Of a stretch of 64,000 nt of DNA, positions 24,661 to 37,087 are shown in pieces. Position numbers and translations under genes: made by a program. Source of the stretch: Stegostoma tigrinum (taxonomy: Eukaryota); NCBI RefSeq assembly GCF_030684315.1, contig NC_081374.1:25709978-25773977 (forward strand), written 5' to 3'. Each line of letters opens with the position of its first letter. Position 1 is the first letter of the stretch. The notes under the pieces were generated by a model. That model ran no database searches and had not been told where the DNA came from. It worked only from the letters and a program-made list of their open reading frames with translations.

Positions 24661-26499
24661 CCCTACCGCCTCCTCAATCATGACCCCACACCCGAGCACC
24701 AAACCATCATCTCCAACACCATTCACGACCTCATCACCTCAGGGGACCTCCCACCCACAGCCTCCAACCTCATTGTTCCCCAACCCCGCACGGCCCGTTT
24801 CTATCTCCTTCCCAAAATCCACAAACCTGTCTGCCCTGGTCGACCCATCGTCTCAGCCTGCTCCTGCCCCACCGAACTCATCTCCACCTATCCGGACTCC
24901 ATTTTCTCCCCTTTGGTCCAGGAACTCCCCACCTACGTCCGTGACACTACCCACGCCCTCCACCTCCTCCAGGGCTTCCAATTCCCTGGCCCCCAACACC
25001 TCATATTCACCATGGATGTCCAGTCCCTGTACACCTGCATTCCGCATGGAGATGGCCTCAAGGCCCTCCGCTTCTTCCTGTCCCGCAGGCCCGACCAGTC
25101 CCCCTCCACCGACACTCTCATCCGCCTAGCTGAACTCGTCCTCACACTCAACAACGTCTCTTTTGACTCCTCCCACTTCCTACAGACTAAGGGGGTGGCC
25201 ATGGGCACCCGCATGGGCCCCAGCTATGCCTGCCTCTTTGTAGGTTATGTGGAACAGTCCCTCTTCCGCACCTACACAGGCCCCAAACCCCACCTTTTCC
25301 TCCGGTACATTGATGATTGTATCGGCGCCGCCTCTTGCTCCCCAGAGGAGCTTGAACAGTTCATCCACTTCACCAACACCTTCCACCCCAACCTTCAGTT
25401 CACCTGGGCCATCTGCAGCACATCCGTCACCTTCCTGGACCTCTCAGTCTCCATCTCAGGCAACCAGCTTGTAACTGATGTCCATTTCAAGCCCACCGAC
25501 TCCCACAGCTACCTAGAATACACCTCCTCCCACCCACCCTCCTGCAAAAATTCCATCCGCTATTCCCAATTCCTCCGCCTCCACCGCATCTGCTCCCACG
25601 ATAAGACATTCCACTCCCGCACATCCCAGATGTCCAAGTTCTTTCAGGACCGCAACTTTCCCCCCACAGTGATCGAGAATGCCCTTGACCGCGTCTCCCG
25701 TATTTCCCGCAACACATCCCTCACACCCCGCCTCCGCCACAACCGCCCTAAGAGGATCCCCCTTGTTCTCACACACCACCCTACCAACCTCCGGATACAA
25801 CGCATCATCCTGCGACACTTCCGCCATTTACAATCCGACCCCACCACCCAAGACATTTTTCCATCCCCTCCCCTGTCTGCTTTCCGGAGAGACCACTCTC
25901 TCCGTGACTCCCTTGTTCGCTCCACACTCCCCTCCAACCCCACCACACCCGGCACCTTCCCCTGCAACCGCAGGAAATGCTACACTTGTCCCCACACCTC
26001 CTCCCTCACCCCTATCCCAGGCCCCAAAATGACATTCCACATTAAGCAGAGGTTCACCTGCACATCTGCCAATGTGTTATACTGCATCCACTGTACCCGG
26101 TGCGGCTTCCTCTACATTGGGCAAACCAAGCGGAGGCTTGGGGACCGCTTTGCAGAACACCTCCGCTCAGTTCGCAACAAACAACTGCACCTCCCAGTCG
26201 CAAACCATTTCCACTCCCCCTCCCATTCTCTAGATGACATGTCCATCATGGGCCTCCTGCACTGCCACAATGATGCCACCCGAAGGTTGCAGGAACAGCA
26301 ACCCATATTCCGCCTGGGAACCCTGCAGCCATATGGTATCAATGTGGACTTCACCAGTTTCAAAATCTCCCCTTCCCCTACTGCATCCCTAAACCAGCCT
26401 AGTTCGTCCCCTCCCCCGACTGCACCACACAACCAGCCCAGCTCTTCCCCCCCACCCACTGCATCCCAAAACCAGTCCAACCTGTCTCTGCCTCCCTAA
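24661..26499 (+). CDS. 5'-truncated but uninterrupted PLE polyprotein: reverse transcriptase, Cys-rich linker and GIY-YIG endonuclease (Neptune clade)
   Basis: RT motifs FYLLPKIHK, GRPIVS, FTMDVQSLYT, QTKGVAMGTRMGPSYA, RYIDD; linker CNRRKCYTC; endonuclease VLYCIHCTRCGFLYIGQT..R..EH..VANHF; residues upstream of 24661 are antisense left arm. Confidence 0.93.
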   Translation, partial: PYRLLNHDPTPEHQTIISNTIHDLITSGDLPPTASNLIVPQPRTARFYLLPKIHKPVCPGRPIVSACSCPTELISTYPDSIFSPLVQELPTYVRDTTHALHLLQGFQFPGPQHLIFTMDVQSLYTCIPHGDGLKALRFFLSRRPDQSPSTDTLIRLAELVLTLNNVSFDSSHFLQTKGVAMGTRMGPSYACLFVGYVEQSLFRTYTGPKPHLFLRYIDDCIGAASCSPEELEQFIHFTNTFHPNLQFTWAICSTSVTFLDLSVSISGNQLVTDVHFKPTDSHSYLEYTSSHPPSCKNSIRYSQFLRLHRICSHDKTFHSRTSQMSKFFQDRNFPPTVIENALDRVSRISRNTSLTPRLRHNRPKRIPLVLTHHPTNLRIQRIILRHFRHLQSDPTTQDIFPSPPLSAFRRDHSLRDSLVRSTLPSNPTTPGTFPCNRRKCYTCPHTSSLTPIPGPKMTFHIKQRFTCTSANVLYCIHCTRCGFLYIGQTKRRLGDRFAEHLRSVRNKQLHLPVANHFHSPSHSLDDMSIMGLLHCHNDATRRLQEQQPIFRLGTLQPYGINVDFTSFKISPSPTASLNQPSSSPPPTAPHNQPSSSPPPTASQNQSNLSLPP

Positions 26500-26723
26500 C
26501 CGGTTCTTCCTCTCACCCATCCCTTCCTCCCACCCCAAGCCGCACCCCCAGCTACCTACTAACCTCATCCCACCTCCTTGACCTGTCCGTCTTCCCTGGA
26601 CTGACCTATCCCCTCCCTACCTCCCCACCTACACTCTCTCCACCTATATTCTTTACTCCCCATCTTCGGTCTGCCTCCCCCTCTCTCCCTATTTATTCCA
26701 GTTCCCTCTCCCCATCCCCCTCT

Positions 26724-26751
26724 CTGATGAAGGGTCTAGGCCCGAAACGTC
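26724..26751 (+). ncRNA. Minimal type I hammerhead-like motif in the PLE 3' UTR
   Basis: CTGATGA-A-GGGTCTAGGCCC-GAAAC-GTC: core intact, loop-less ACGT helix III; helix I only about 2 bp by eye. The left-arm copy (23173-23200) has GAAA mutated to AAAA. Confidence 0.65.
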
Positions 26752-27096
26752 AGCTTTTGTGCTCCTGAGATGCTGCTTGGCCTGCTGTGTTCATCCAGCC
26801 TCACATTTTATTATCTTGGAATTCTCCAGCATCTGCAGTTCCCATTATATCTGTGACATTTAGAAATATTATTTTTACTCATAAGTACATTTCTCTGAAT
26901 TTCTTAAAATTTTTTTTTCAATTTTTGTGCAGATGTTGTGCAATATGTGGAGCAAATATACAACTCATGACGAATATTTGCCATGAGACTTTACGTGCAT
27001 TTGCTTCTGTAATTCTCCAAATTCAACAGGGCCTACATTTTTTGAAGAACTTTCTCTTAAATATATGGAAATTGCTTTTAAAAAAAGCCCCTATTA

Positions 27097-27409
27097 TAGA
27101 TTAGATTCCCTACAGTGTGGAAACAGGCCCTTCGGCCCAACAAGTCCACACTGCCACTTGAAGCATCCCACCCAGACCCATCCCCCGATAACCCACACAC
27201 CCCTGAACACTACGGGCAATTTAGCATGGCCAATCCACCTAGCCTGCACATCTTTGGACTGTGGGAGGAAACCGGCGCACCCGGAGGAAACCCACACAGA
27301 CACGGGGAGAATGTGCAAACTCCACACACAGTTACCCGAGGCTGGAATCGAACCCGGGTCCCTGGTGCTGTGAGGCTGCAGTGCTAACCACTGAGCCACC
27401 GTGCCACCC
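27097..27409 (-). mobile_element. Full-length young HE1-type SINE
   Basis: tRNA head with A box (TGGCTCAGTGG) and B box (GGTTCGATTCC), central body, CR1-like tail ending (AATCT)n. Confidence 0.92.
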
Positions 27410-28169
27410 TGTTCCCCATCCACTATATATAACTGTTCCTTTTAGCAATAAATGCAAAATAGTTTACTGTATTGAAATTCAAATATCAGAACATGGTTGC
27501 AAATCCCAACCATTTAGGGTTAAATTTTACTCGGAATGTGGGGTCTGATGTTTGGTGCAAAAGTCGGGGGAGTGCACTTGGCTGACCTGCCAGCAACCGT
27601 ATACCAGACATTGGACCTTAAGGTGAAATTTGGAGATATTTGAATTCCAACCCAAGAAGAAGTCCTCACATCAAACACTGCCAAGCATTCAAATGGCTGA
27701 GAAATACCTTGACCCAGTAATAGCACCAGGAGCCAGGGAATTGTGTAGAAAATTCAGGAGTGGATGGGATATGGGTTGGGGGTGGAACATTCAGGAAGCC
27801 ATGCGAATCGGGAAGAAGAAACACCTGTATGAACACCCGAGAACTGCCCAACAGATTCTCATCACTATACATGCCACAGGCAATTGGTATTGGTCTCCTT
27901 CATCATAAGAAGTCATCGTTGTTGTGAGGAAGCCCTTAAGTATACAGTTAAAGGCCTCAATTGGTCATGGGCAAACAAGCAAATCACCTGATGGCCCCGC
28001 TCACTTCCCTCAGTCAGTTTGTGTAAAGTATGCACAAGTCATGAGAATCCGATGGCTAGATGGACACATGCTGCTACCAAGGGATGCAATTTTTTTACTC
28101 CACCCTCTTCTACCTGTTATCCCATTTCCATAATTTTAGCCAGGTTCTGTACAGTACTCCTCCAAACAC

Positions 28170-28440
28170 TAAACTGAGAGTTAGATTGCCTTTTCAGTTA
28201 AACACTTGGAGAATTTACATTTGTAATGCTGCAGTGGAGTACTCTGTGCCCCGAGCAATATTTATCCTGCAAAAAACTATTCACCAAATCATCTCTCTCA
28301 GTTGCTGTCTGTAAAGAACTTGACTGTTGTACACTTAAATGATTATCTTTGTGCAGCCACAACTGTTTAATTAGCACTGAAGTGCTTTGTGCACATTCTG
28401 AGGATGTGAAAGGTACTGTATAAATACAAGCCCATTCTTC
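28170..28440 (+). mobile_element. Deu-domain SINE remnant (SacSINE1/AmnSINE-like)
   Basis: caatatttatcc...gttgctgtctgt...aagtgctttg...ctgaggatgtgaaaggtactgtataaatacaag resembles the DeuSINE 3' half as I recall it. Confidence 0.6.
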
Positions 28441-28822
28441 AAATCTCCCTTCCCACTGATATTTCACAAGAATATTGCACCTTTTAATTTGATCTATTTT
28501 TCTCTGTGAAATTTATGGACCTCTTTTACTCATCTAGGCTGTATATGATTCTCAGGTCATTTGGTGTTTTATGCATTACCATGTTTTTTTTTCCCCTGTT
28601 TTATGAGATTGGGGATCAGTTTGGTCATCACAATATCAGCCATTATCATCTTGTTTTGATTTATAAATTGGAATTCAGACAAGTTGTAGAGCTGATTATG
28701 ACTAAAACTTGCAATGAGTATTACAGAAAGTTTGTTTGACTGATTTTCCATCAGTTGGCTCACTGAATTCATATTTGATAGGAAAATTGCAGCCAAGCAA
28801 AAATATCAGCTTCACTCATGGT

Positions 28823-28951
28823 AGAGATAACAGAGTGGAGCTGACCCAAATCGTCAGCTTTCCTGCTCCTCTGTTGCTGCCTGATCTGCTGTGTTCCTCC
28901 AGCTCCACACTGTGTTATCTCTGACTCCAGCATCGGCAGTTCTTACTATCT
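28823..28951. mobile_element. PLE-tail mini-insertion with a 20-bp inverted arm
   Basis: agagataacagagtggagctg is inverted relative to cagctccacactgtgttatctct; imperfect TSD CTTC(AC/TT)TCATGGT at 28810-28822 and 28952-28964. Confidence 0.8.
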
Positions 28952-30244
28952 CTTCTTTCATGGTCGTATTGTTCAGAGAGATGGAAAGGAAATATGCAAA
29001 ATGTCCACAGTTCCAAAATGCTTATACTGGTGTGTAAATGTTTAGGAACGTTAAAATGAGAAGAAAATAATTGACATAACCTGTAGATGTTCCTTTTTGT
29101 GAGGAGACACATTTTTTGGTAAGTTACATTTCTGTGTGCACAATACATTGGAATTTGAACATGATAATTCAAATGACATGATGCAATTGCTGCAACTATA
29201 GTTGATGGTCATCAGTAATACAATTAATTCTGGAAATGGAATAAAATGGCTTTTGGATACTCTCCCAGTCTATACAAAGAGAATAATGCCTCAGACATAA
29301 CATTTATCTCAGGTTTTAGATGTTGTTAATACAGCTGTCAGGTATTGCACTCATGGCTTATGACATCAAGTGAACCATATGATATGTTACTACCTTGAAG
29401 CATACTTCAGGGTAAAGTTTACACTGTAGATTGCAGTGAACTAAAATAGTAATAATCTGGTGGTTTTCTACTGCAAAGTCACAAAGCAAATCTGAGTTAC
29501 CTACTCACCATAAATCTCATTTATTGTTGTCAGACACTGTGATGTGGAACAAGGTGTATTGCATAACTGCAGAACAGCTTGTTCCGCATTTCAATAACAA
29601 CATGACTTGAATGATTTAACTGGTGTGATAGTTTGGAAACTTTTTTGTATGAAATCACAATGTATAATGTAGCAAAGTACACAAAAAAAAAAGCAGAAAC
29701 TGTTAGCTGTTGCTAGTGGTAACAGATTAAGTGACTGTATTTGTAATAATTGCTTACCATTGTCACCGTCAGTTACTTTTTAATAAACATGTCAACTATT
29801 AAAGCCGTAATATAGCAGCAATGTACAGTTTCTCTGTGTCAGCATTATATCCCCCACTGGCTCTAACGCTGACTACAGATTTCCTGGATTACATTCCTGT
29901 AGATACGATGCTGAAATTATAACAATTTTTGACTCTGCAGATTTTATTGACGGAAACTCATGCCTACATTTCCTGAGAATTTTTTTTCAGCACGTAGTCT
30001 AAAATTTGATCTAAAATAGAGCAGAAATCAATGTTAACAATAGGGGCCTGAGGATAATTGATAACGGATACCAACATGCATAAAGTCATCGTTTACACGC
30101 TATGAAAATTAGAAGTCATGAAAACATTATGGGTCGAAAGGTAGATTATCTAGTTGATTTAGACCAAACAAAAGCAATTCACCTGAAAACTGACAGATCC
30201 ATGCAAAAAGTAAGTTGGAATTACCTTCCAGCTTAGAAATGTAT

Positions 30245-30935
30245 AAACATAGAAAATGGGAGCAGGATTAAGCTGTTTGGCCCTTTTTTAATTTTTGAGC
30301 CTGCTGTGCCATTCAACACTATTGCAGTTGATCATCAAACTCAGTAACCTGTTCTTGCTCCAGCACAACCCCAAACAACTTTGATTTCCTTTAGCCCTCA
30401 GAACTACATCAAACTCCTTGAAAGCATACAACATTTTGGCCTCAACTGCTTTTTGTGGCAGAGAATTTCACAGGTTGAGTGAAGAGATTTCTTAGTCGTA
30501 AATGGCCGAACTTGTATCCTTAAACTGTGGCCCAAGGCTCTGGGCTCCCCGATCTTGGGGAACATCCTTCCTGTGTTTACCCTGTCTAGTCTTGTTAGAA
30601 TTTTATAGGTCTCTATGAAAACCTTCTGAAAATCAAAGCAAACCACATCCACCAGTTCCTTTTCATCAACTCTACAGTTACATCCAGTAGATTTGTCAAA
30701 CATGATTTCTCTTGTTTAAATCCATGCTGACTAAGCCCATTTGTGTCACTATTTTCCAAACAATCTGCTACTAAATCTCTGATAATGAATGCCATAATTT
30801 TCCACACTACTAATGTCAGGTTAGTGATTCCATAATTTCCTGTTTTCTTTCTACTTGTTTTTATTTTTAAATATTTGGGTTATATTCACTAACTCCCAAT
30901 CCATAAGAACTGATCCAGAGTCAGTAGAATATTAA
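30245..30935 (-). mobile_element. CR1 LINE fragment with internal deletion (RT start joined to 3' end)
   Basis: ORF pieces SQHGFKQEKSCLTNLL, VDEKELVDVVCFDFQKVF and IETYKILTRLDRVNTGRMFP. Confidence 0.85.
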
Positions 30936-33789
30936 CAGAATCTTGAATATTAAGTTGAATGTCTGACTTAAAAATCACATTAAAATTTGGCCTCATCCCT
31001 AAAATTGCCCATGTCCCAGGATGTATTAATCACAATTGGGGTAATTCCATCATTGGTGCTAGTTCGCAAGTCTTAGAGGCTCTAAACTTTTAAGCTGGTT
31101 ATTACAGCTTCAACTAATGGCATCACTTTGAAATGTTCTTTTTTGAAGTTTTAAGTTTGCAAACTTTTTAAGCACTTTTTTTTTCTCTTGCTCCCAGTAA
31201 AGCTAGCTTAATTTTTGGAGCTTACTTAACGGTTTGTAAAAAATGAGCACAATTAGCTGAGCCTCCCAGTGGCAGTAAATTTTTCCTGTAAACTTTGAAT
31301 TTATGTCCTATGTTGAAAGGCCTAGGCCCTGAATATGTCTGGAAAATCAACCCTTGTTTGTACTGTTTTATTTAATGCAATTTAAGCAGAATCATCAAAA
31401 GCTGCGCAAAAAACCCCTCTCTAGGTTCAATGATCTTTAGTTTCGGTTTAAGATACCTTGACCGAGTTCTTTCTGCTGGAAGACAGCCATTGGAGAAATG
31501 TAAACTGAAGTTGCATGTCTGGATCACGCAGAGATTCTGACACCGCTGGCTCCATGGGACCTATTTTGAGAAATCAAAACCTCCTAAAATTTTAAATTTC
31601 TTTTTATTCAATCTGATCTCAGAAACTGGGATTCTAAGCCAGTTTGGACAATCTGGGTAAACGTCTGTAAAATTGACCATGTTTCAAGGCAAAAAAAAAG
31701 ATTCCTGGGCATTCAAAGAAGCTTCCAATATTGTACTTTTTCAGATGCAAGAGCAAAGCAACCTTTTGTAAGATTTTAAAACTTTATGTACCAGTCAAAG
31801 TGTAACTAGTTAAATGGTTTCTGTGTCCTTATTTGCCATTATTTTGAGCCAAATTACTCAGCAGTGGTTTGAATTGACATCACTGCTTTCCATATCCCCT
31901 TAGACCTACACAACTAATCCTGTGAATACTCAACCAATGATGGATAATTTCATGGTCCACCTTAGGTTCCCCATGATCTCATGATTATTATCATTAGACC
32001 TTGTGATCTTAAAATGTAGCCCAATAAGTTACACTTCAATATTAATGATTACAGTCCTTCTCAGACATTTGCCAGACTTGTTCATCTCTAAAGGATTGTT
32101 CAAATTCTGTTATTCATTTCATTCATTGCTATCCTTATCAAATTCTGATACTCATCTTGTTTTTCCTGCTATCCCAATCACAGGAGATACGAAAAGATGC
32201 TAATTCCTCCTCACTGCTATAAAACTCATAATATTAATTCTGATATAGGGTTAGTTATGTATAAAGTTATATGGTTATACTTGATGTTAGGCTTCTTTAA
32301 CCAATGAGTTGTGAGCAGCATCTATCCCACCTGACCTTGGAATGTCAACAAAACACTGCCCCTCTACCTTGTGGCTACAATTATAGCTCTTTTCCTACTC
32401 ACATACTGTGTGCAAAGTGTGCTTTTAAACAGGAGGTTGCTTCTAAGATGAAATTTACTATTCTGACCATAAATATTTTGATGCTATTTTACTGATTAGT
32501 GAAATTTGAAGAGGTTGTCTTATTAAGACTGAATGTCGTCCAGTCTCTCTCGTCAATGGGCTGGGGGCTCCTCTCCACTTTGTTTTCAAAGAATTCAATC
32601 AAATCTCTCAACATTGGTGTTGTTTGCATTTCTTAATTTCTCAATAGTCAATGACCTAAAGAATCTACATTGTTGTGGGATCATAGTTTTTTTAAATTTT
32701 CATCTAACTTTAGACTGTGTGTTTCCAAACATTTTTTTATCAGACTGCCTCTGCTTCTTACAGCTAACTGTTACAGTGAGTTTGTACAGAACTTCCTGTA
32801 TTTCAATTTGGAACATTCTTTGTTCTATCTATTACCTTGAGTTTAACTTATTCTCAATGGTACCATTTTCCTAACTTTTAATCTCACTTCAACTCTGAAT
32901 TCAGCAAATGAATTTGATTACTGCAGCTAAAAATCTTTTACTGCCATATTTATGCCAATAAAAATCCAAGGGCAGCCATATTGCACCCCCTCTGGCTATG
33001 GGCTGCCCAGCAGAGAGAAGCCCATGTTAATAATTGCATCCGCTTATCAATAAATATTTTAAAGCAAAAGTATCGAGATACCTGATAACGGTCAATCATG
33101 TCAGATTTTATTCTAGTGAATGAGTAAATGGGTTTGAATGGAAATGTAATCAAAAATATTGCTTCTGAAAAGTAGCACAATTTTCTGTGCAGTTTATGCT
33201 GTTTCTCTCATTATTATGCAGGTAGTAACATGGGGAAGAGTGAGCTGGAAGAAATGGTCATGTTGTTTTGCCGGAAGAAAAGTGCTCCAGTGATTTGGTA
33301 TTTCAAGTTGTACATTAAAGTGATGTGCTGCACTAAAAATAATTTTGATTCTTCCATAAATTTACTTTCAAGTATGAAAAGAGGTCAACTACTAAATAAC
33401 TGGGAAATAGTATTAACTGCTTATTTAATTTCTCTGATGTTTAAGTAAACTCATTCTTCATATCATATATTACCATTCAAGACCAACTGAGGTTTCATTG
33501 CTAGAACATATGTTAATTGGCGACTAACTGGATAGTTCAATACCGGGCCTCATAAATCCTAACTGTTGCACTTACATTGGCAACATGTTCTTGTCAACAA
33601 ATGGATGTTGGACCATGGCTCAAGGTAGATACCAGAAGAACTGTAGAAGCAGTGGGGAGTGGGGTGGGACAGAGTATTGAACAGAAAGATTGTGGGGTCA
33701 GGGGAGTGGTTCTGCAAACTCTACAGTGACTTCTTTTTAAATGGGTAGTTAACAGCAGCCACTTAACCCAAGCTTCTCTGATATTAAGT

Positions 33790-34420
33790 TCATACAGAGA
33801 TGGCTGGGTGAGGTTGTAGATGTGCTCACCAAGCTGGTGGGTTTGGTTGCAAATGCTTCATCACTCTGCTAGGTAACATCATCAGTGTGCCTCAGGTGAA
33901 GTGTCAGTGTTCTATTCCACTCATTATTTATATGCCTCAATTTTTGCTGAACTGTTTGGCATCACATCCTCTTCTGTTTCTCAGTAGTTTGCACACAGGG
34001 TCTAATTCAGTGTGTTTGCTGATGGAATTCCAGGCCTCCAGGAACTCGCTGGTGTGTCTCTGTTTGGCTTGTGCAATTATGGATTTGTTGTCCCAGTCAA
34101 ATTCGTGTCCCTCGTTGTACATGTGTAGTGAGACAAGTGAGAATTGGTTGCGTCTTTTGGTGGCTAGTTGGTATTCGTGTATCTGCATTGTCAGTTTTAT
34201 TTCAGTTTGGCCTATGTAGCGTTTCCTATCCCTGCATTGTATTTTGTATATAATGTCGATTTTGCTGTTTTGGTTATGGGATCCTTCACGTTCATCGCTT
34301 CGTGTGATATAGCTCATTGCAGTTACTTTGACATTGTTCCAGAGCCTTTGAGGAGGATCAGATGTTGCTCTCACTCCTTTGAAATCCTAAACTGTTTTAC
34401 ACACAAGAAAATACAATCAA
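33790..34420 (-). mobile_element. Degenerate Penelope/Poseidon-type PLE 3' fragment (GIY-YIG and 3' UTR with decayed hammerhead)
   Basis: IIYKIQCRDRKRYIGQT..L...IHEYQLA...SLVSLH....GHEFDWDN..II...EFLEAW; no Cys linker visible; CTGATGA-TGTTACC...GAAG at 33851-33885. Confidence 0.85.
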
Positions 34421-36838
34421 CGTGGGAAATTCTGATGACACCCATCAGTATGGACCCTTCCAGGCCCATATGCCACATTGTCCCCAAATGTTTTCTTCCA
34501 GCAAATGAACTCTGCCCTATCTCATTAACCTCCTGCGGCCTTCCAAAATTTTGAGATTTTGATGTCCCTCCAGAAGGCAACATGGCAGCCTAGCTCAGAA
34601 TTCTAACGGCCCAATATTCAACGATTTTGGTGTATGTCTGCATTACGTAGAAGTAGAGAATATGGTTCCTGCCTTCTTCTTGACCTTCGGACTCCATGGG
34701 CCCTGAATTGATCAAAGATGGACTTCATCTTAAATTTTATTATACATGATTTCTGATATTAATATCAGTGCTGGACTATGACAGCTTGAACATTTTCTTT
34801 TTTTTAAAAAATGTGACATTTTAATTATATTCTGGTGTTATTCATTGCGTTTATGATTGTATTTACCATTTCCTCATCTCAATCTAAGCTTGACTTTCTA
34901 TACATTCAGGTGATTACAGAAATTTAATTATTTTTGCAGAATAAGTTCTCTTCAGATTTGCAAGACTGGTAGCTTGCTGAGTGGAATATTATTAACATTG
35001 TCAGGAATAGAATCAATCTGAAGTCTGTCTGTCTCTTTTAAGCTGGAATACCTTTAACCTCTTAGATTTCCATTGTGGACGATGTCTTTACTGCCGAAAC
35101 CAATGATTTCTTAGGAACAGAAGTAGGCTTTTCAGCCTCAAGTCTGCCTCATCACTCAATATGAACATGCCTAATTGAATGTGTTGTGGGCCAGAACAAA
35201 CCCACACCCCACTCAAAATATATTCAGTTGGCCTAGACACCAACTTTTCTGTATCTCAGGATAGTCTGATAGTCTCTGCCTCTTGCCATGCTGGCCTCCC
35301 CAGAAGGCCTCTGATGGCTCCAAGAGCGAGGGTCTGCAGGTGAACCCATGTTTTTGTGGTTTTTTTGGATAGAAAGTTGCAGAAAACTATCATTCTAAGG
35401 GAGATACACTAAAAAGTTTGAAACATGCGTCAATCATTTAGATGGCATGCTACTGTTAGTTTCTTTGTGTAGCAGGACCTGGTGCCTTTCTCTTGGGGCT
35501 GTCCTTTGTTTACTGGATAAGTTGTTGGGTGTGTCTGTGCAGAATAACTGTTGCCTTTTACAATATGCTGATATGATTAGCACCTGGTTGCTATGATTGC
35601 ACTGTGTTTGGTGTGTGGGTGTTATGATTTCAGAGTTTCACTTGGCCAATGTAACCAGCATGCCTTGCTGTTTGGCCAAGTTGGCAATCTGTGTTTTGGT
35701 AGTCAGGAGGCTTTGCACTACCAATTTTTTGGATAGAAAACTGCTTATGAGATTTAAGTTCAAAATGAATTCTAAAAGTTAGTTATATTTGTGGGCAGAC
35801 GAGCCTACATGTTCGTCTGGAAGACATTGTGCACATTGGTCAAGCTTATCATATTATTTTAGATGTACAAAATAAAAAGAAACTCCTGTCATGATAATCT
35901 ATGCAGGATTGTAATACACAGACAATAATCAGTAATCATAACAAATAGAAGTGACAATAGCGCTAACCCCCGGAGTTCCATCCACCTTAAAGCCCCTGTG
36001 TGTGTGTAAGTATTCATAGTGACCATGCTGATCTCTTGGGATATCGGTCATCTCCAGCATGCAGTCTTAACTGCCAGTCCTGAGTTAGATCAAGGTGACT
36101 GCAATTTGAAAGGAACCAAATTCATTGTTGACAGTGTGTAGCCACAGTAGTGAAGATTTGAACAAACTGATCTTACAAACAATTTCCACAGCATATAAAC
36201 GGGTGTCATGGTAACATTTTTGACTTCAAATGTCCTCAAACCAATTTTGTTGCTAGGTCTAACTGAAATCCTTAGCACCAAGCTCAGCACCTTGCTCAGA
36301 GTGTCCTTACAGTTATCAATATACACACCTTCAAATGCTGCAACTGAAACTGGAGATGTTGGTGTAGGTTCTCTCCTGGCCAGTTTCTGTAGATACCACT
36401 CAGGGTCATTGCTGATTTTTGCCCTGGATGATCTGGTTTATTATTTTGGTGTGACCCTGTAATATGGTCATTAGTGGTGGCTAGCCTGATTCTCCATAGT
36501 TATCCTATCGTCTCTCGCTGTTTGCCTGTATTCAGTCATTCTAGGGCTTGCTTGACTTATTGGGCTAAGATCCTGAGTAAATTTTTCAAATTAGCCAAAT
36601 TAAGGGTATTGACCATTGTCACATCTGCTCTGTATGTGGCTAGATAATTAAAGGGTTCCATTTTTCTTTCATCTATTAACTGGGTACATCATTTTATCTT
36701 GTTGCCATGTTACATTTTTGGATATAGTCATTAGAATAATGCAAAACTGAGAATAAATGCTGTGTAAGGGTTGCATTGTTGTCTTGGAGTAGCTGTTTCG
36801 GTGTACTTTAGGGAAAACACAGGAGTAATTTCTGTAAA

Positions 36839-36944
36839 GGAAATTTTTCCGAAGAAAGGTCTAGGTCTAGAATGTCAGCTTACCTGCTCCTCTGATGCTG
36901 CTTGGCCCCGCTGTGCTCATCCAGCTCTACACCTTGTTATCTCT
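36839..36944 (+). mobile_element. Single PLE-tail insertion starting at a decayed hammerhead core
   Basis: ccgaagaaaggtctaggtctagaatgtcagc...ccagctctacaccttgttatct; possible TSD TAATTTCTGT(A/G)AA at 36826-36838 and 36945-36957. Confidence 0.7.
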
Positions 36945-37087
36945 TAATTTCTGTGAATATCTTTGTATATAATCTGACACAATGTTCTACATAACATCGT
37001 TTAAAATTATCACATTGTCCAATTGTCACACATCCCTGGCCCTGTTTTTCTTTTAAGAAAACAAAATGGGCAACAGAAGAACAGAAG

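Larger units (their letters stand above)
23148..26851. mobile_element. Neptune-type Penelope-like retroelement inserted as a tail-outward inverted twin
   Basis: Left arm 23148-24660 is the reverse complement of 25264-26776 (both 1513 bp); right arm 24661-26851; TSD TGTGACATTTAGAAA at 23133-23147 and 26852-26866. Confidence 0.95.

Noticed and set aside
23444-26480. Many overlapping 60-160-aa Pro/Ser- or Gly-rich ORFs
   Set aside because: Alternate-frame and antisense shadows of the C-rich PLE coding sequence
24661-26851. Selenoprotein-type (Naiad-like) PLE
   Set aside because: No in-frame TGA in the ORF, and the Cys linker fits Neptune; no SECIS recognised
27065-27548. ORFs of 90-110 aa, repeated at 39706-40078
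   Set aside because: Translations of HE1 SINE sequence
32975-32995. CTCF site at GCACCCCCTCTGGC
   Set aside because: Spacing is one base short of the CTCF core and needs several mismatches
35280-36700. Possible old LINE remnant with repeated TTTTTTGGATAGAAA (~35361 and ~35725)
   Set aside because: Too degenerate to assign a family or boundaries by eye
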